Assembly (NCBI GenBank): GCA_951406725.2
Contig: OX597823.1
Coordinates: 38,336,001 to 38,460,000, forward strand
Length of the DNA stretch: 124,000 bases
Reading direction: 5' to 3'
From: Octopus vulgaris
Lineage: Eukaryota
Shown: one piece after another, positions 30,879 to 45,606 of the stretch
How the letters are laid out: each line of letters begins with the position of its first letter
How positions within the stretch are numbered: the first letter of the stretch is position 1
Translations under genes and position numbers: made by a program
The notes under the pieces: model-generated
What the model saw: only the letters and a program-made list of their open reading frames with translations
Told to the model about the DNA's origin: nothing
The model's database searches: none

Positions 30879-33800
30879 GTATGTGTGTGTGTGTGTCTGT
30901 GTGGATGAGGAGTGTTCAATACATGTTGTAGAGGCTATAATTTTGTTTTTATTGTAACTGAAATTGGGATTCTCTCATGATTTGAGTTTCACTATTGCAA
31001 TCACTGTTTTTACCTAAAGATTGCAGTAGTGTGAAACTTGTGAGACAAACTTGCAGTTTCAATAAAAGCAAATACAAACACACACACATTTCACACACAT
31101 ATTTATGTATATCCAAACATGCAAAAACATTCCTCTCTTGAGAAATTATTTTGTTTTGTCTTTTTATATTGTTTGAATTTGGCTGGTAAGATTTGTAGAA
31201 ATAGGCTTGTAGCATTGGAAATTGTAATACCTCCACTTCAACCTATGAACTATAAGAGATAAGAAATACCCGAAATACTGGGAGTAGTACAGAAGTGCAG
31301 GCATAGATGTGTCATTAAAAAGACCACTTTGGAATCATTTGGTTCTGGGTTCATTCCTGTCAAGTAGACACTATCAGTCAGTATCTTTTACTGTAGTCAC
31401 ATGTTGCCCAATGCTTTGTGAGTAAAATTTGGTACACAGAAACTCTAAGAAGCCCATTGTGTGTACATGCACACACCACATATATGTGTTTCTGTCTCCT
31501 TGTCTTGACATGTGCACACTAAGTGTAAATAAAGTAACCCTCATACAAATGTTGCTTGTTATCAAATCTCTATAAAAATATGTCTGTTCAATGAGCTGTT
31601 CGTCTTTCAAAAGTGTACAGGAAACATTTCCTTACTTGGAAACATGTCAGCTATAGAAATATCTGCCTTTGTCTAACCCATATAAGTATAGAAAACTGGC
31701 AGTTAAAACAATGATGAGGACCATGATGATAATGATGATAATGATGATGATGATGATGATGATGCAGGTGTGGATGGTAATAGTAGATTACAAAATTAAA
31801 CATTAGAGTATTTAGGGGGTTCCTCCTTTATCCAAAGTTGAAAGCTTGCTATGATTAATAAAATGTAAGCCAAGCATGTATTGGGTATTAATTTAATTTA
31901 TTTTTATCCTTTCCTGACAAATCTGTACCCTTAAACCAATATAAGAAATTATTCTTGTGAAACACAAAAGGTGACCAAAACCATAGATTCCATAATTAGA
32001 TGTCTTGTAACATGTATTTCTGTACCTTTGTTTCCTTAGTTCAAATTCTACCAAGGTCAACTTCAACTTTCAGTCATCTTCTTGCTGTCAATGCAATCAT
32101 ATGTCTCCTAAAAATTTGTGTTCTTGTCCCAATCTAAGAAGCCATAATTATAAATTTGGTGCAATGGGACATGGTCTAACTTCCCTATTTTTAGTTTTGT
32201 TTCTATATACATTCAGTGAAAATTCTCCTGGGGTCATTTTTGCCTTTCATCTTACTAGGATACCTCTATAAATTTATAGCCTAATACCAAACAAAATTGG
32301 TAGAGTACTCATCAAAATGCCTTGTGATATTTACTTATATTGCTGTAAGTTGCGAGTTCAAATCTCAGTCAGATAAAACTTTGTCTTCTTTGTCTTTGGT
32401 TTTCAAGTCAAACTGTGGGATTTGATTATATTGGTTGGCTATGTTCCTCTCACTAAATTTGTAGCTTTGTATTGAAGTTAATCATCTAATGACATTGAAC
32501 TTCAGAAATAGCAGCTGAATTCCTTTTACATTCTGAGTTCAAATCTAGCTTGTGTCAACTTTGTTAGTGATTTACATGTGGTCAATAAATTAAGTACTAG
32601 TTAAGTACTAGGTCAATATAATTGATTGTATTCTCTTTGAAAATATGTGGCTTTGTTTCTGTGTTAGAAGTAAATTTTTATGATAACTTGTAAATCCATC
32701 TACTTTTTATCTGCAGTGTAGTTAAGATTTTGGTCACATGCACATGTTGGAGTCAGTGAGTAAGCTAGTTTCATTATTTCTTACAAGAACTAGTCTCTAT
32801 CAAATATGAAGTAATTGTATTCATGTGACTTTTTTTAATTCATTCAACAGAACAAGCATTGGCATCTAAGAGACATTGACTCTTGAGGCCAGATTTTCAA
32901 TAGCTTTAATTTGAGCCAAATGCTTAATTTCTGGAAAGTTTATTATATTTTAACTCTGCTACCAATTTATAGAACACAAACCAACATTTCTCTTTTTTGT
33001 TTTTGTCTTTCTTTTTTCTGAAACATCAGACAACTTGAGGCAATATATCAAATACGCCAGTTATTGTACAGTTACACTGAGCAGACCCGTAATATGCAGG
33101 AAGTCAACCCAGTGATTAGGTGTGTCACATAGATCTAGTCTTTTACATATACCTCTCATCCACTTAATCAAGGAACATGCTGCACATTCCAACGTGCAGT
33201 GGTTAACTAATTGCATGGGGTGTAGGGTTGCAGTCCAAACCAGTTATTGTTGTTGAGTTCCAGGATCAGTACTGGATTTGAAAGAAAAGAGGTTCTACAC
33301 TATTCCATTTGTAAGTTTTTTCCTAATTCCCCTTGTTCAAGACTAGAACTATATATATACCTTGATTGGAGGCACTTGAGATTTCGAGGTTCTAGGCTTC
33401 AGCTTGCTCTGCCTATTAGTAAATCCATCACTACCCAGGTCAGCACTGATCCTGCAAACCTGTGTGATTAAAGCCAGTCCAGTAGTGACCATCTTGTCTG
33501 TTCTTTTTCAGATATAGTGCCTTTATCAAATATGTCCTTATTTTTTTTATTTCTTGGAGGTAAAGTGAAGGGCTCTCTCATAACTATATCCTGTTCCCCA
33601 ATGATTGCTTCTTTGTTCCTTGCATTTAATAAAACTTTTAGCATAGATGCTTTATTCAGATTCTCTTTCATAAGATGTGTAGATACATTCAGTTCATTAT
33701 TAACTTGAATACTATAATGACAACAATCTTTCCATCAGACAGCCTTGTATATGATTGTTCTACTGTCTTGTAATATGTATCTACTGATGTTCCTGGACTG

Positions 33801-35349
33801 CAACTGATGATATATAATAAACTGCCTCTGTTTCCACTTATAATGTGTATAGTTGTTTGATAAGCTTATGCATATTGTTGTTTGATTAATCTGGCAATAT
33901 ATATATATATATATGTTTTGAAATGCGAAGATTTGTAGCAGTGATTTGTTCAGAAAAGTCTCATTTATTCTTTGTATATATGTTAGTCTCACCATCTAAC
34001 TTAGAGGCATCTTGTGTTAATATGTGAGGATCTCATTTCTAGAAGTTTGCTTAAGTCGATCTACAAAATATCATCTTTCTCTGAGTACTTATTTAAAGCC
34101 TTTTGTTTCCATATTGCTATTGCTTCAATTAATTTTGGAAATATGAAGAATTTGATAAAACAACTTTGTCGTTATTAAGCTGATGTTTAAGACAAAATTT
34201 TGATGGAAGATTTGAATTTAGATCACTCTAAAGCAGGAAATTTGTATCAAGACTTCAGAGTAGTCTCAGGTGGTTTGTTATCAAAAGAGTTAATGAATTT
34301 AATGTTAATTAGGATGGATTTAATAGCTTCATTTATGAATAAGAGTAGGGTCATTTTGTGTTTAACTTAGGGCTGAATGTTTTTGTGTTCTGTTTTACTA
34401 ATTTCAACATGAAATGACTATTTTCAGTCTGAGGTTTATGAAAATAATGCGTTGCCATATTTAAAGGTTTGTAGTAAGAGTTGAGTTTTAGAGTTGTTCT
34501 GCTTTGAATAAAGACTTCTTCATCTGCAAAGTTTTTCTGTGGTTATTTATGATATATAACATAGGATATATAAACATGATAAGAAAATCTTAAAAGTACA
34601 GTTACTTGTCAAGAGATATAGTTTTGAGTCAAAACTTATTTTAATTAGCATATCACTTCTCAAAGAAGTAGATAACGACTGGCCATGTCTTATCTTGAAT
34701 TTCTATGATGATAATTGTTATAAATGTAAGATGATCTCCTTTATGTCCTCACTTTGTTGATTTTGAAGAGAAGGGCAATATAGTGGCACTTCTTGTTGAG
34801 ACCCTCAAGAAAATTGATTGTGAAGTGACAGCTCAGTATTGATGTCATTTTTTGACAAAATATAAATGTTGTTGGTACTGCAGTAGTAGCTCTTGTAAAG
34901 CTCATGTCACATGAGGGAAATGGGCAAACATTTCTAGCATAACATTTTGAAATGATACTAGTTGAGGCTAAGATGTACAAGTTATTTAACCAGGACAAAG
35001 AGAAATGTATTACTAAACTTTATTTCATAGAATTGACTATAAAAGCCGTACATAGAAGTAGCTGCGGGCTTGACAACACGCAAGATGAAATGAATGAAAA
35101 ATAATTTATGAAATTGGTGAGGGAAGACAGACGACGCCCACTGATTGCTGCTTCCCGAAAACATTGTTCTTTTTACAACAACCAAATTGAGGTTATAAAA
35201 CTCTTAGTTTTATTCCTTTTGGATGCAAGGTCCTTAAAAATGAGGTACTAAGCCTCTTACATTTTTCATAAATGGGCCATATGCCCCCACAATATGAGGC
35301 ACTAAAAGCCTCTTAACTTTTTCTGTTATTTTCCAGTCTGCTGGTACCC

Positions 35350-36655
35350 AACCAGGCTCAATGCCTCACTCAAGCACCTCGATGGTGCTAGATCGAGGTG
35401 CTTCAGCAGGAAGCAAAAATGTGTCTTCGGGGAAGGAGTTCATCACCTTACACAAATCAGTTTCCCACACGACCTCTGCAGCTACCTGTGAAGGCCAATT
35501 AGGGTCCTTAGTGCAGGTTAGAACCCCTCCCCTCCGACCTTCTTTAGCAAACTTTTTAATAAAATCCTGAACTGTCCCTCCCTTGTGGAATAAGACTAAA
35601 AATGGCCTGGTTCCAGGTACAGGTAACACTTGTTGGGGGCGTCCCTCAAGTATCACCAGATACCTGTTACCAGCCTTAGTAAAAAAATCTGGGAAAACTA
35701 GATTTCTTGCAGCTGATTGGGTCCACATGGTCAAAGCAGCTTTTGACCCAACCCAATCAGCTGAGGGCAACATTTTCACATTTAGCAGCTTGGATCTGCT
35801 GCCACTCAGACCCCAGTGGATAGTATCTTCTATCCACTTGGATTCCATTCCAGGTGGCAACCCACAGATCCAAGCTCTTGTCAACTTCTTCCACAATATT
35901 TCCTGCCCCTACAAGGGCTGGCTCACAAACCTGCAAGCCTCCTCAGGGGTGTCAAACAACAGCCACACCATTGCATATTTGGCACACCTGGAAATAAATC
36001 TTATGGTTGGTAGATACTCTGCCAACTCTTTTTCAATTTCTATTTTTTTGAAAACGGCAATGGTGTCGAATGACTTTGAGTATGTCCTCAACACCACCAT
36101 CCTCTCCTCAAAGTCTTTCACCAACTCTTTTGGTGGGACAATTTCCCACTCCAAAACAGTGTCAATTTTCTTTCCATGTTTAGAAGAAAAGTTTTTAATA
36201 ATGTTCAAAAAGTACAAAAAAGACAAAAAAGAAAAGAAGGAAGAAGGAAAGAAGACAGTTCAAAAACACAGCGAACATGATTCCGGCCAACTGGTACTCC
36301 ACTTGTAATCCAGGAGTACAACAACAGGAACACAGCTCCACAAATTTCACCAAAAGTTGGTGAAAAAATTTCACAAATTTTTTTGGAGGCAGGATATGCC
36401 CCCAAATCAACACACTTATCATATCTAAGTGAGACACTTAACACAACTACAGGCAGACAAATGCCTGGAATCCAGTAGGGATTTCTTGTTTGAAAAAATA
36501 AACAACAAGCAACAAACCTCCACTGAATCCCAAAAAACAAATGCCTTACCTTATAGTTGCGCTTCAACAATTCATGATGCTGCACACCAATGTCGTGACA
36601 CCATTTAGTGAAAGAAAAACACTGACACGCGCATGCGAAGCAAGCGAGCTACTTA
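35350..36655 (-). mobile_element. Degenerate ORF1 (RRM-like plus CCHC knuckle) of a Tx1/L1-clade LINE
   Basis: ORFs 35909-36226 and 35366-35896; frameshifted knuckle CYLYLEPGHF near 35600-35640; decayed ORF2-like sequence at about 37.1-38.1 kb. Confidence 0.6.
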
Positions 36656-38818
36656 CCACACCTTCTAAACTTTGATACCAGGTAGGTGTGGTTTCTTTAT
36701 CAAACTGTTATGTGTACAGACGATGTGGAATAATCAGAATGATTTCATAAAAGCTGGACTCAAAACATTTGTTAATTTTACATATGTGGTGGAGGTGGCA
36801 GAATTGTTAGTTGTGCCAGGTGAAATACTTAGTGGCATTTTGCCTGTCTTTATATTCTGAGTTCAAATTTCATTGAGGTTGACTATGCCTTTCATCCTTT
36901 TGGGATTGATAAAATAAGTACCAGTTGAGCCCTGGGGTCAATGTGAACAACTTACCCCTCCCCTGAACTTGCTGCTTTTATGCCAAAATTTGAAACCAAT
37001 TTTACATACATGGTGACAATCCCTTTTCTCAACTGCATCAAAGGAGCAAGGCAGGATTTGTTGGCTGATATCTTTCCCTAGCACTACAGTGACATTGCTG
37101 ATAAAATGACGGACACTATTATCAAATATGAGGTAGAGTAGATTTATGTAGAAATGGAGGACAGTGTTCCACAAAGAGATTTTGATCATCTTCTTTTGGG
37201 AGGGATGTCTCTTCAGGATCTGAAAGCAATAGAATTGCAATACAATTGTGAATATTGAAGCATTGACCTTGTTGCTGCACCAGTAACTCCTCTCCATACA
37301 TTAATTGCAGACTAAATTTAGTGAGGTAATTAAGTAAGAGTTATTTTGCTTCCCAGTCAGTCCATCATTGAAACTGGCTGCTCAAAGCAAAGGAGATGAA
37401 AGATGAACTTTATGCTCACTGATGGGCTTGTTAGTGATGTTGAGCAGCCAACTACTTGCTGTATTCAAACATTTAGATACCATGGAGGTGACATGGAGCA
37501 ACAAATAGAAACAGAAGGTTAGTTGTGGAAAAACCAGGGTAAAAAAAGATAACTGAGGGTCATTTGTTGACCAACTTCTGTTAATTGTAAAAAAAAAAAA
37601 AACCCCAAAACATGCAGGTTTGTTCTATCTGCCAGTGCTTGTCTACAAAACCACTTGAAATAAGAAAGCCAATACCAGTGAATCACATGTCTGCAGGGAC
37701 TTTTACAAATTCAACAAATTGTCTACCTAACAGATCTTTGGGGATGACTACCTAGCAGAAGAGAGTAGTGTTACTGTGTGAGGGTAAAATAATGATAGAA
37801 TTGACAGGATCCAGTACCATTGTTCAAAAGTCATAGGTGATCTCTCATGGAGAACTTGTGTTCCAACCCAACCGTTGCTGTCATCTGGAATGTGAGCAGT
37901 CACAGAGTATGGTATATTGTCTTTTTATGTATTGATATAAAGGGGACAGAGCCTTTCAGGTAGACTGCTTGATGCATACTGGTATTGGTCATAAACTTTA
38001 GCGGCAGCCACCTGGTACTGATGATACCTAAGAAACTTTTGAGTTGCAGATTGTAACTTTTTGTTCTATGTAATGCCACTGATGTCAAAGATGTATTGTG
38101 AAACGGGCTAATTAAAGCAAGTTTTGAATCCATAAGATAATTCATGACTAATAATTATACTTTTCTATGTATAATTTTCTAATTATGTTTATGACCTTAT
38201 AAATAATCCCAGAAAGACTTTTTACTTGATGTCTTTATTCAAAGCAGAACCTATATGAAAATCTCTAAAAATCAACTGTCACTAGAAAAATTAAGGTATG
38301 GCAACACAAAAGGACACTGCACACTTTTACCATGAACCTTGGGTAAAAAATTTTATTTCGTGTTCAGATAGTTAAAATAGACCATTAGTAAAATACTCAG
38401 CCATAAGGGGAAAAAAATTATTGTGACCTCTCTATAGCTTATTCCTGTTGTATTTCTCATGTAGCTACCCCTGATTTACTTCTCAGATGCTTCCTGAACT
38501 CAAAAGTGTAAACATCTGTCATATTGCTTGGTTTTATAGCTTATATATGCTGGTGCATTGTAGAAATTGTGGTTTTTGCTATCTTCCTTCTTATAAGAAA
38601 CAGATTTTCTTGAATGGCAAATTAAGTATTCCAAATGTTTCTACTACATTTACACTATAAATGTACTCAGGATAAAGCAATTGCCATGACTTTTTGAGCT
38701 TTCTCTAGTCTTCCTAGTTTAATTTAAGTTTATTCATCTTACCAATTTATGAGTTATATTAGTTTTGGATAGGTTGCGTTCTAGTGTGAAAATTCTTGAT
38801 CAAGTTGTTTGCAAGGTC

Positions 38819-38917
38819 AGATATTTTGACTCTATGTTGCTGATGTATAATAGATATTTTGACTCCATGTTGCTGATGTATAATAGATATTTTGACTCCA
38901 TGTTGCTGATGTATAAT
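38819..38917. repeat. 33 bp tandem repeat, 3 copies
   Basis: agatattttgactc(t/c)atgttgctgatgtataat x3. Confidence 0.95.
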
Positions 38918-41454
38918 ATGTATGTGGTATGAGGGCACATACATATCCTTTCTTAATGAATTATATCGATTGTACTTTTTTTAGAAATTATTGTACCAGA
39001 CCAAATATCATAGATGTTATTTCATAATATTCCTCTGGAAAGATTTTTGTTGCATGAAGAGATAATTGTTCAATGATTGTAAATTAAAGACAAGATATGT
39101 TTAAAAATAAGTGCTATGTATAAATGCTTGTTTACAAAGAAGTTGTGTAAAAGGCTTATTTATAATGTTGGAACAGACTGAGTGATATGTGAGTGTGATA
39201 CAGTTAACATTGAAACAAAAATAATATATAATTGTTGGCATTTTTCTTATTCGAAATTGCATTTTAAACAAACTTTTAATTGATATTGGTATGTAAACAT
39301 TATATATTATGGAATTTCTGAAAAGAACTCTGTTACAAAGAAAGTTTTTGAAAGAATTTATAATTTATTTATGAAAATAATTTCCAATTTGCTCTTGTTT
39401 CTGTTGATGAATTTTAAAATATTTTTCAATGCAGTCAACTTGAAAATTTACTCTTATTTATTTATTTTGTTTTGAAATTGCTGAAAGATAGTATAATTGG
39501 TTACATGTTTCCAATAAGTCAATCATTTCTGAAGATGAATGATAAGGGAGTGTCCATGTAACTTGTTGCAGAACAAATATCACAAAGGATTTCATGCAGT
39601 TTTTGGTCTTCTCAACGATGTTTGCATACTTTGTTGGCATAAATCAGTGAAAGCTACTAGTTCACATGCACCCCCTCTCTCTTTCACACATACACATGCA
39701 CACATGCATGCACACACACACATACAATGTACATTCATGCAATTTATTTTCTCTACTGAATCCTATTGATGAAGCATTAATTGACCTGAAGACATGATTG
39801 GATACCAACCATAACTGATTTGAATGGTACAATTAACCTATTAAATGATTTTAACAATACAGTTTACTAATTAACTTACTTTAACAATATAGGTTCCTTA
39901 TATTATGTGTTTTGTATCAAAAGTTGTACATAATTTAACTACAACTTATTGATAGTAAAAGGAGCTAAAAAGTGAAAGTAAGATTATATAAATCAAACAA
40001 AAGAAACAAGAAACACAAGGCCTTCTTGACTTTATTTTATATTGACCCACATACAAGAAAAGAATACATCACTTTTCTAGGACATTAATAATAGATTTAC
40101 TTATACATTTAAGATCTTTGTATAAATTTACTTAATCCAAAAATATTTTATCCTAGCAGTTTGCTCTTTTCTCTCCTTCACATGCAGTTTTATTATAAAA
40201 TTTAATGTTGGTTTGCCAAATTGTTTTGTTAGATTAAAATACAAACCAATATTATTTCTTAACATGCTGATTACATTGTATTAACTTTTTTTGCCAAGCA
40301 GCATGATTAAATTTTGTTGGAATGAGAATAATTGAAAAGTCTTTTATCAACCTTAGTATAATGAAATGTGGAAGTTGACTCTTACAAGATTTGAACTAAA
40401 AATTTGGAAGTTTGCAACTAAATGTTTTAGTACAGTGAAACTTTATTTCTGATTTTGGCTATTCATTTTTTGGAGAAAAAAAAGAGCATAATCTACATAA
40501 CTTATTGCAGCATTTTGTAAACTTTTTAGCCTTGAGTAACCCTTGAAATACATTACATGTTTCAGGAAACCCCTGCTTAAAAATTATGCATCTTCGTTCA
40601 TTTTTTTTTTCTATTACATTAAATAAAATTTCATAAGACAGTAAGCAAATCATAAAACTATCATTATGACTTAACTAAGTAGTTAATTAAACCAGTTTCT
40701 TCCACAATTCCATCTTTGGAGTTAATTTTTTTCTCTGTGGAGTCACCCTACTATCTACAGATGCCATTACTTACCTACCTTTAGAAATTTGCTTATATAA
40801 TAAAATTACAAGTATAGAGTTAAAGGGAAAAATTACTTTAAAATATATTTACATAAAATTAACCTGTTATGTAATTAATTATTTCTCACAAGAGCTTTTG
40901 CAATCTCTTGTTGAACTCTAACATTCTGGGGAAACCTTGGTTAAGAAATGCTGATGTATTATATAAGCTATTATCAGCTCAGTTCATCATTGTCACTTTT
41001 ACAACCTATTTGAACTATTAAGGCAACAGCTCTTTACAATCACTTTTGTACAATTTTGTATTTAACATCTTTTGAATATCTTTTTTTATCATTATTCTTT
41101 TAAAAGATTCTCCTATTGAATTTTCATGATATTGCAATATGTAATCTTTGACAAATAAGCTATTATGCTGCTTAGGATTACAGAATACAATATATTTGAA
41201 TATTTTTGATTGTGTGATCATAACTGTTTTATTAGATATACAATACGGTAATTTCAAAATAAATATATTCTTGATGTATAATTTACTCATTTATTTAGTT
41301 TATTTAAAGAAGAATGCTTAATGTTTTTTTTTAGTGATTTAAGATTTTGAAATATAGAATATTTTAATTTAAAGGACGAAACTTTTTTCAGATGTTGCTG
41401 CAATATTATTATAAATTATATTAGTATAACATATATATATATATATATACTATG

Positions 41455-41494
<40 letters not shown>

Positions 41495-44400
41495 TAGTAA
41501 TAATAATATATATGTATATATTATAATAGTACATTTCTTTCCAGCCTAATACTGGTTTTTATTTTATCATAGGTTTTTAAATATCCATTTCCACCATTTC
41601 TATATGTAAGTGTTAAAAATAATTTCATGTTGCTATTTCTAGTCTTTTTTTTTTTATTAGTTTTCTTCCTACTAATAAATAACATGCCTCTAGGACTGTT
41701 TTATTTGAGATTCAGACATATTGATGTGGGTGATAACTTCCATCTATGATCTTTCTGTAGAAATATTTTATTGATATAGTAGTTTCCAAGTATACATTTT
41801 TTTCAATTCAAAAATATTACAACTAAGAAATAAACTTCAGATTGATGCTCTTTAAGCAATATATTCATCATTATGATTTGAAATAAATATAATTTTAGAA
41901 TTTTCTATTTTCTATTTGAAGAACTTATATTTGTTTATGGTAGAATCAACAATTAGTTAAAGTATAAATTTAATTCATTATAATTTTATATGATGCAGAT
42001 GGATTTTATGATCTATATAACCTAATAGTTTATTTTATTAACTACTGAAGCTTAGTATCCTTATTTTGACCATAACTTTTTAAAGAAATGTTCCTTTCCA
42101 TTTACAGCATAAACAGTAAATAAAACTAGCAGTGATTGTTTATTTTGGGGTGAAAAAAAAACAAAAACAAATCAACATAACATATTACAATGTTATATAA
42201 ACTATTAATAACTCTATGTAATTTTTTTTATATTTCCTCATTAATAATTCTTACATTGAAATGATGAGTAAATTTCAGCATACAAAAGATGTGGTATAAA
42301 AAGAAAATACAAGAAATTAATGCTTTAATATTTATTTGCTGTAAGATTTTCGATTTTTGAATTTGTAATACTTCAGAAGCAGAAACAGGGGAGGAAAAAA
42401 AGCCCATTGAGTTTCCATAATCACTTTTATTATATCTTCCACTACTTTTCTAATGTTATCATTATTATCATCATCAATTTTATTATGAAAATGATTATTT
42501 TCCATGTTGGCATGGGTTGACAAGGACTTTATTTATATATTCTACTTACAATCATTAATAATCTTTTAAGATCTAATCAAACTTCTACCTTTCAGATTTC
42601 TTTCACCTAACCATAAAACTATAACAGTACCTGACATGTTCACTTTACAACCATATTTCTAGGTTCAATTCTATTTTGCATCACCTTGGTCAATTGCATA
42701 TTTATCCACTTAATAGAAATCAATAACATAAGTGTGCTGCTAAAATAAGCATTGGGATTGACTAAATACCTTGAAAGAGGTTCCCTGACTGAAACCAATT
42801 ATGAAACATCTGTATTTTATTTACCCTCTATTGCTACTCTACATTATATTATCATCCGGTATTCACCCTCAAATAGTATTATACAACAATAATTTTTCTT
42901 ATCTTCATTATTTCTTGTGCTGTTAACAAGTGTACCTTACTGGAAAAATCTGTCCATCAGTTTTTATTGTCATATTTCATTGAACAATCATACCTCATTT
43001 AATCTGTTCTTTGTAAATGAAGGAAGTTCATTTATAATAACTTTGCTCATGTTTGTTCCTCACCCCATGCACATGCTAATGTTAAGTCATTTCAATGATA
43101 CAATGATTCTACTTTCAATGATCCTTGATTATCTTATTCTTTTAATTGCATGACATATAAATTATATCTCTGTATCTCCTCTCTACCAAGTCACTGAGTT
43201 TATGCTTCCTGTTTCACATACTAAATAGGGAAATTTCTTTTCTTTCTTTCTTTTCATAACTTAGTTGATGTTTGAAAGTACCATCTATAAATACATATCT
43301 TAAAATTTGAAATCCTTGGATTTCAAATTTATTCTGTAGTTCCTGTGTTGACATTTCTTTGCAATGTTTCAAGTATTAGGCCAAATATAGACCCATGCAG
43401 CATCACATAAAAGCACCTGTGCAGTATCACATAAAAGCACCCATGTAGCATCACATAAAGCATCCGTGTAGCGCCATGTAAAAGTACCCATGTGGCATCA
43501 CATACCCATACAGTGCCATGTGAAAGCACCCAGCACACTCTGTAAAGTGGTTGGCATTAGAAAGGGCATCCAGCCATAGAAATAATGTCAAATCAGACTG
43601 GAGTCTGGTGCGCCCCCCCCCCCCCAGCTTGCCAGCTCTGGTCACACTGTTCAACCCATGCCAGCATGAACAATGGACATTAAATGATGATGATGATGAT
43701 GTGGAACCTACTACGTTGATACAAATCTATTAAAACTCTTGTTGTTTTGTACCAAGTCTTTCCTAATGGAGAAAATCTGTGATTAAAGGAATTCTAGCCA
43801 TGACTATCTCATCTTTCTATGTAACAAGGACTTCATTGTCCAATGTATTGTTCTTATTTTAAAACTCTAGGGTGTGATTTGAGAGAGATTTCACTTGTTA
43901 TTTCTAGCTATCCAAGTAACTGTGTAGAGGCTCTCTTGATGGCTCAATTAAGACTTTGATTTACTGTACTATAAACTGCTATAGAATTAAAGAATTGTTT
44001 CATTTAATTTAGTGCAACAAATTATTTTCAACCCATAATGTTATTTTATTTGTTTTCCTTTTTACTGTGGGATATATAACTTTTTGTTATTTATCAAAAT
44101 ACTCTTAAAACAATCATTACTCTATACTAATACAACAGAAAATGTCTTCCATTCTCTGTTGTGAAAACAACATAAAAAAGAATTAGTCACAGCAAATATA
44201 ATGAAATGACAATAAGTATTGTACTACAGTAGTAATATAGTAACAGGATTATAGGAGTTTTCAAACGTTTTAATGGTAAATAGCAGTGTGTTGTGTGACA
44301 TTGCTGGGAGAAAAACTGTTTTTGACCCTGGTTATTTGTTTAAAAGCAGCTGTCAGATCTTCAAGTTGTAGTGAGTGATTTGAACAATATCTTAATATGA

Positions 44401-45540
44401 TTCAGAATTCTTCCTATACACAGTGGATTGGTTAAACTCTTCTATACATGGGAGTATACCATATTTGTGTTAACAGTCACTATAAATTGTAAATCCCTCT
44501 TGCCCAAATATGAACTAGTTACTATCATACACTGCAATGTATCTGAATGCTGACAATTGTGCATTAATAAATGTTGGTAAATCTTGAAGATGACAATTTC
44601 ATTGTCCTAAGAAAATACTGATCTTGTTTGGTTCCCCCCACCCACCTCCTGGTCTAACCTATGATCAAAGATATTCCAGTATTGACCATCTTATCTTTTG
44701 TATATTTAGGATCACCTTGTTCAGTGTGTCCTCCATGTTTTAAGACATAAAGGTATGATAGGATGGAATCTGGTTGTTATTTGTTGCTGGTCAATCTACT
44801 GCATAGATATTCTCTTACTGGTTCATTCATCACTAGGGAACCTTAACAGACTAAATCATTTCTATGATCTGGATGCTAAGAAACTGGAATACACAAACTT
44901 TTCCCCCCTCATTCTTGCTGCTGTTGATGGAAAATATACAACCTGTGGCACACCACTTCTTGAGAAAGGTTGGTCTATGTCTGCACTGTAACCTAAGTCC
45001 TTGATCTTTTAATGCTATTTGTTAGGTTATTATTAGGGCTTAAATTAATAACAACCTGACAAATGATAATGTGAGTAAACATGTCTCCCTCTCTTATTTG
45101 TTATTGTAAATGTTATTTGCAAACATTGATACTCATAGAGGTGTAGATTAGAGAAGAGTATAGTGTAAGGAGTTCAGAACACAGCTTTGTGCTGAAACAC
45201 TCATTTATTTTGCTGCAATAAAGAAAATTAATCTACATCCTTAATCCATACTTTATTGTGTGTGTATGTGTGTTTCTTAAGAGAAAATATGTTTGTTATT
45301 CATTATTCTGTTAATTACTATAATTTCTAAAATAAGTAAATTATTTTGAGTTTTTAGTTGCATGAAGTTAAAGCAGTTTTATTTTTACTTGCTATTATCC
45401 TTGTACTAATGTACACACATTGAATGACATCTATTTTCCTAATTTATTTCTTCTAGTTTAACATTTTGTAGATTAGTTCATCATTTTATTGCATCAACCA
45501 TGATTTTCATAAATAATATTCATTTCACAAATAAACATAG

Positions 45541-45606
45541 GATTTACCTGGAGATGTAGACAGTGTATTTGCGGAAGGTGATAAAGAAAACAGTCTAACT
45601 ACACAA
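45541..45606 (+). CDS. Internal coding exon, phase 0-0: DLPGDVDSVFAEGDKENSLTTQ
   Basis: aaacatag acceptor, 66 nt open frame continuing exon 29316-29438, donor caa|gtaagt. Confidence 0.7.

Noticed and set aside
33100-33720. Possible decayed retroelement coding sequence, also at about 4.6-5.1, 44.7-45.0, 48.8-49.9 and 69.8-70.2 kb
   Set aside because: Only faint motif resemblance; cannot be assigned without an HMM search
35583-36308. 241 aa plus-strand ORF
   Set aside because: Antisense shadow of the Tx1-like ORF1 on minus; other plus-strand ORFs over the LINEs are rejected for the same reason
29316-45606. Assigning a gene symbol to the host gene
   Set aside because: Only low-complexity N-terminal peptides are visible and no domain is recognisable
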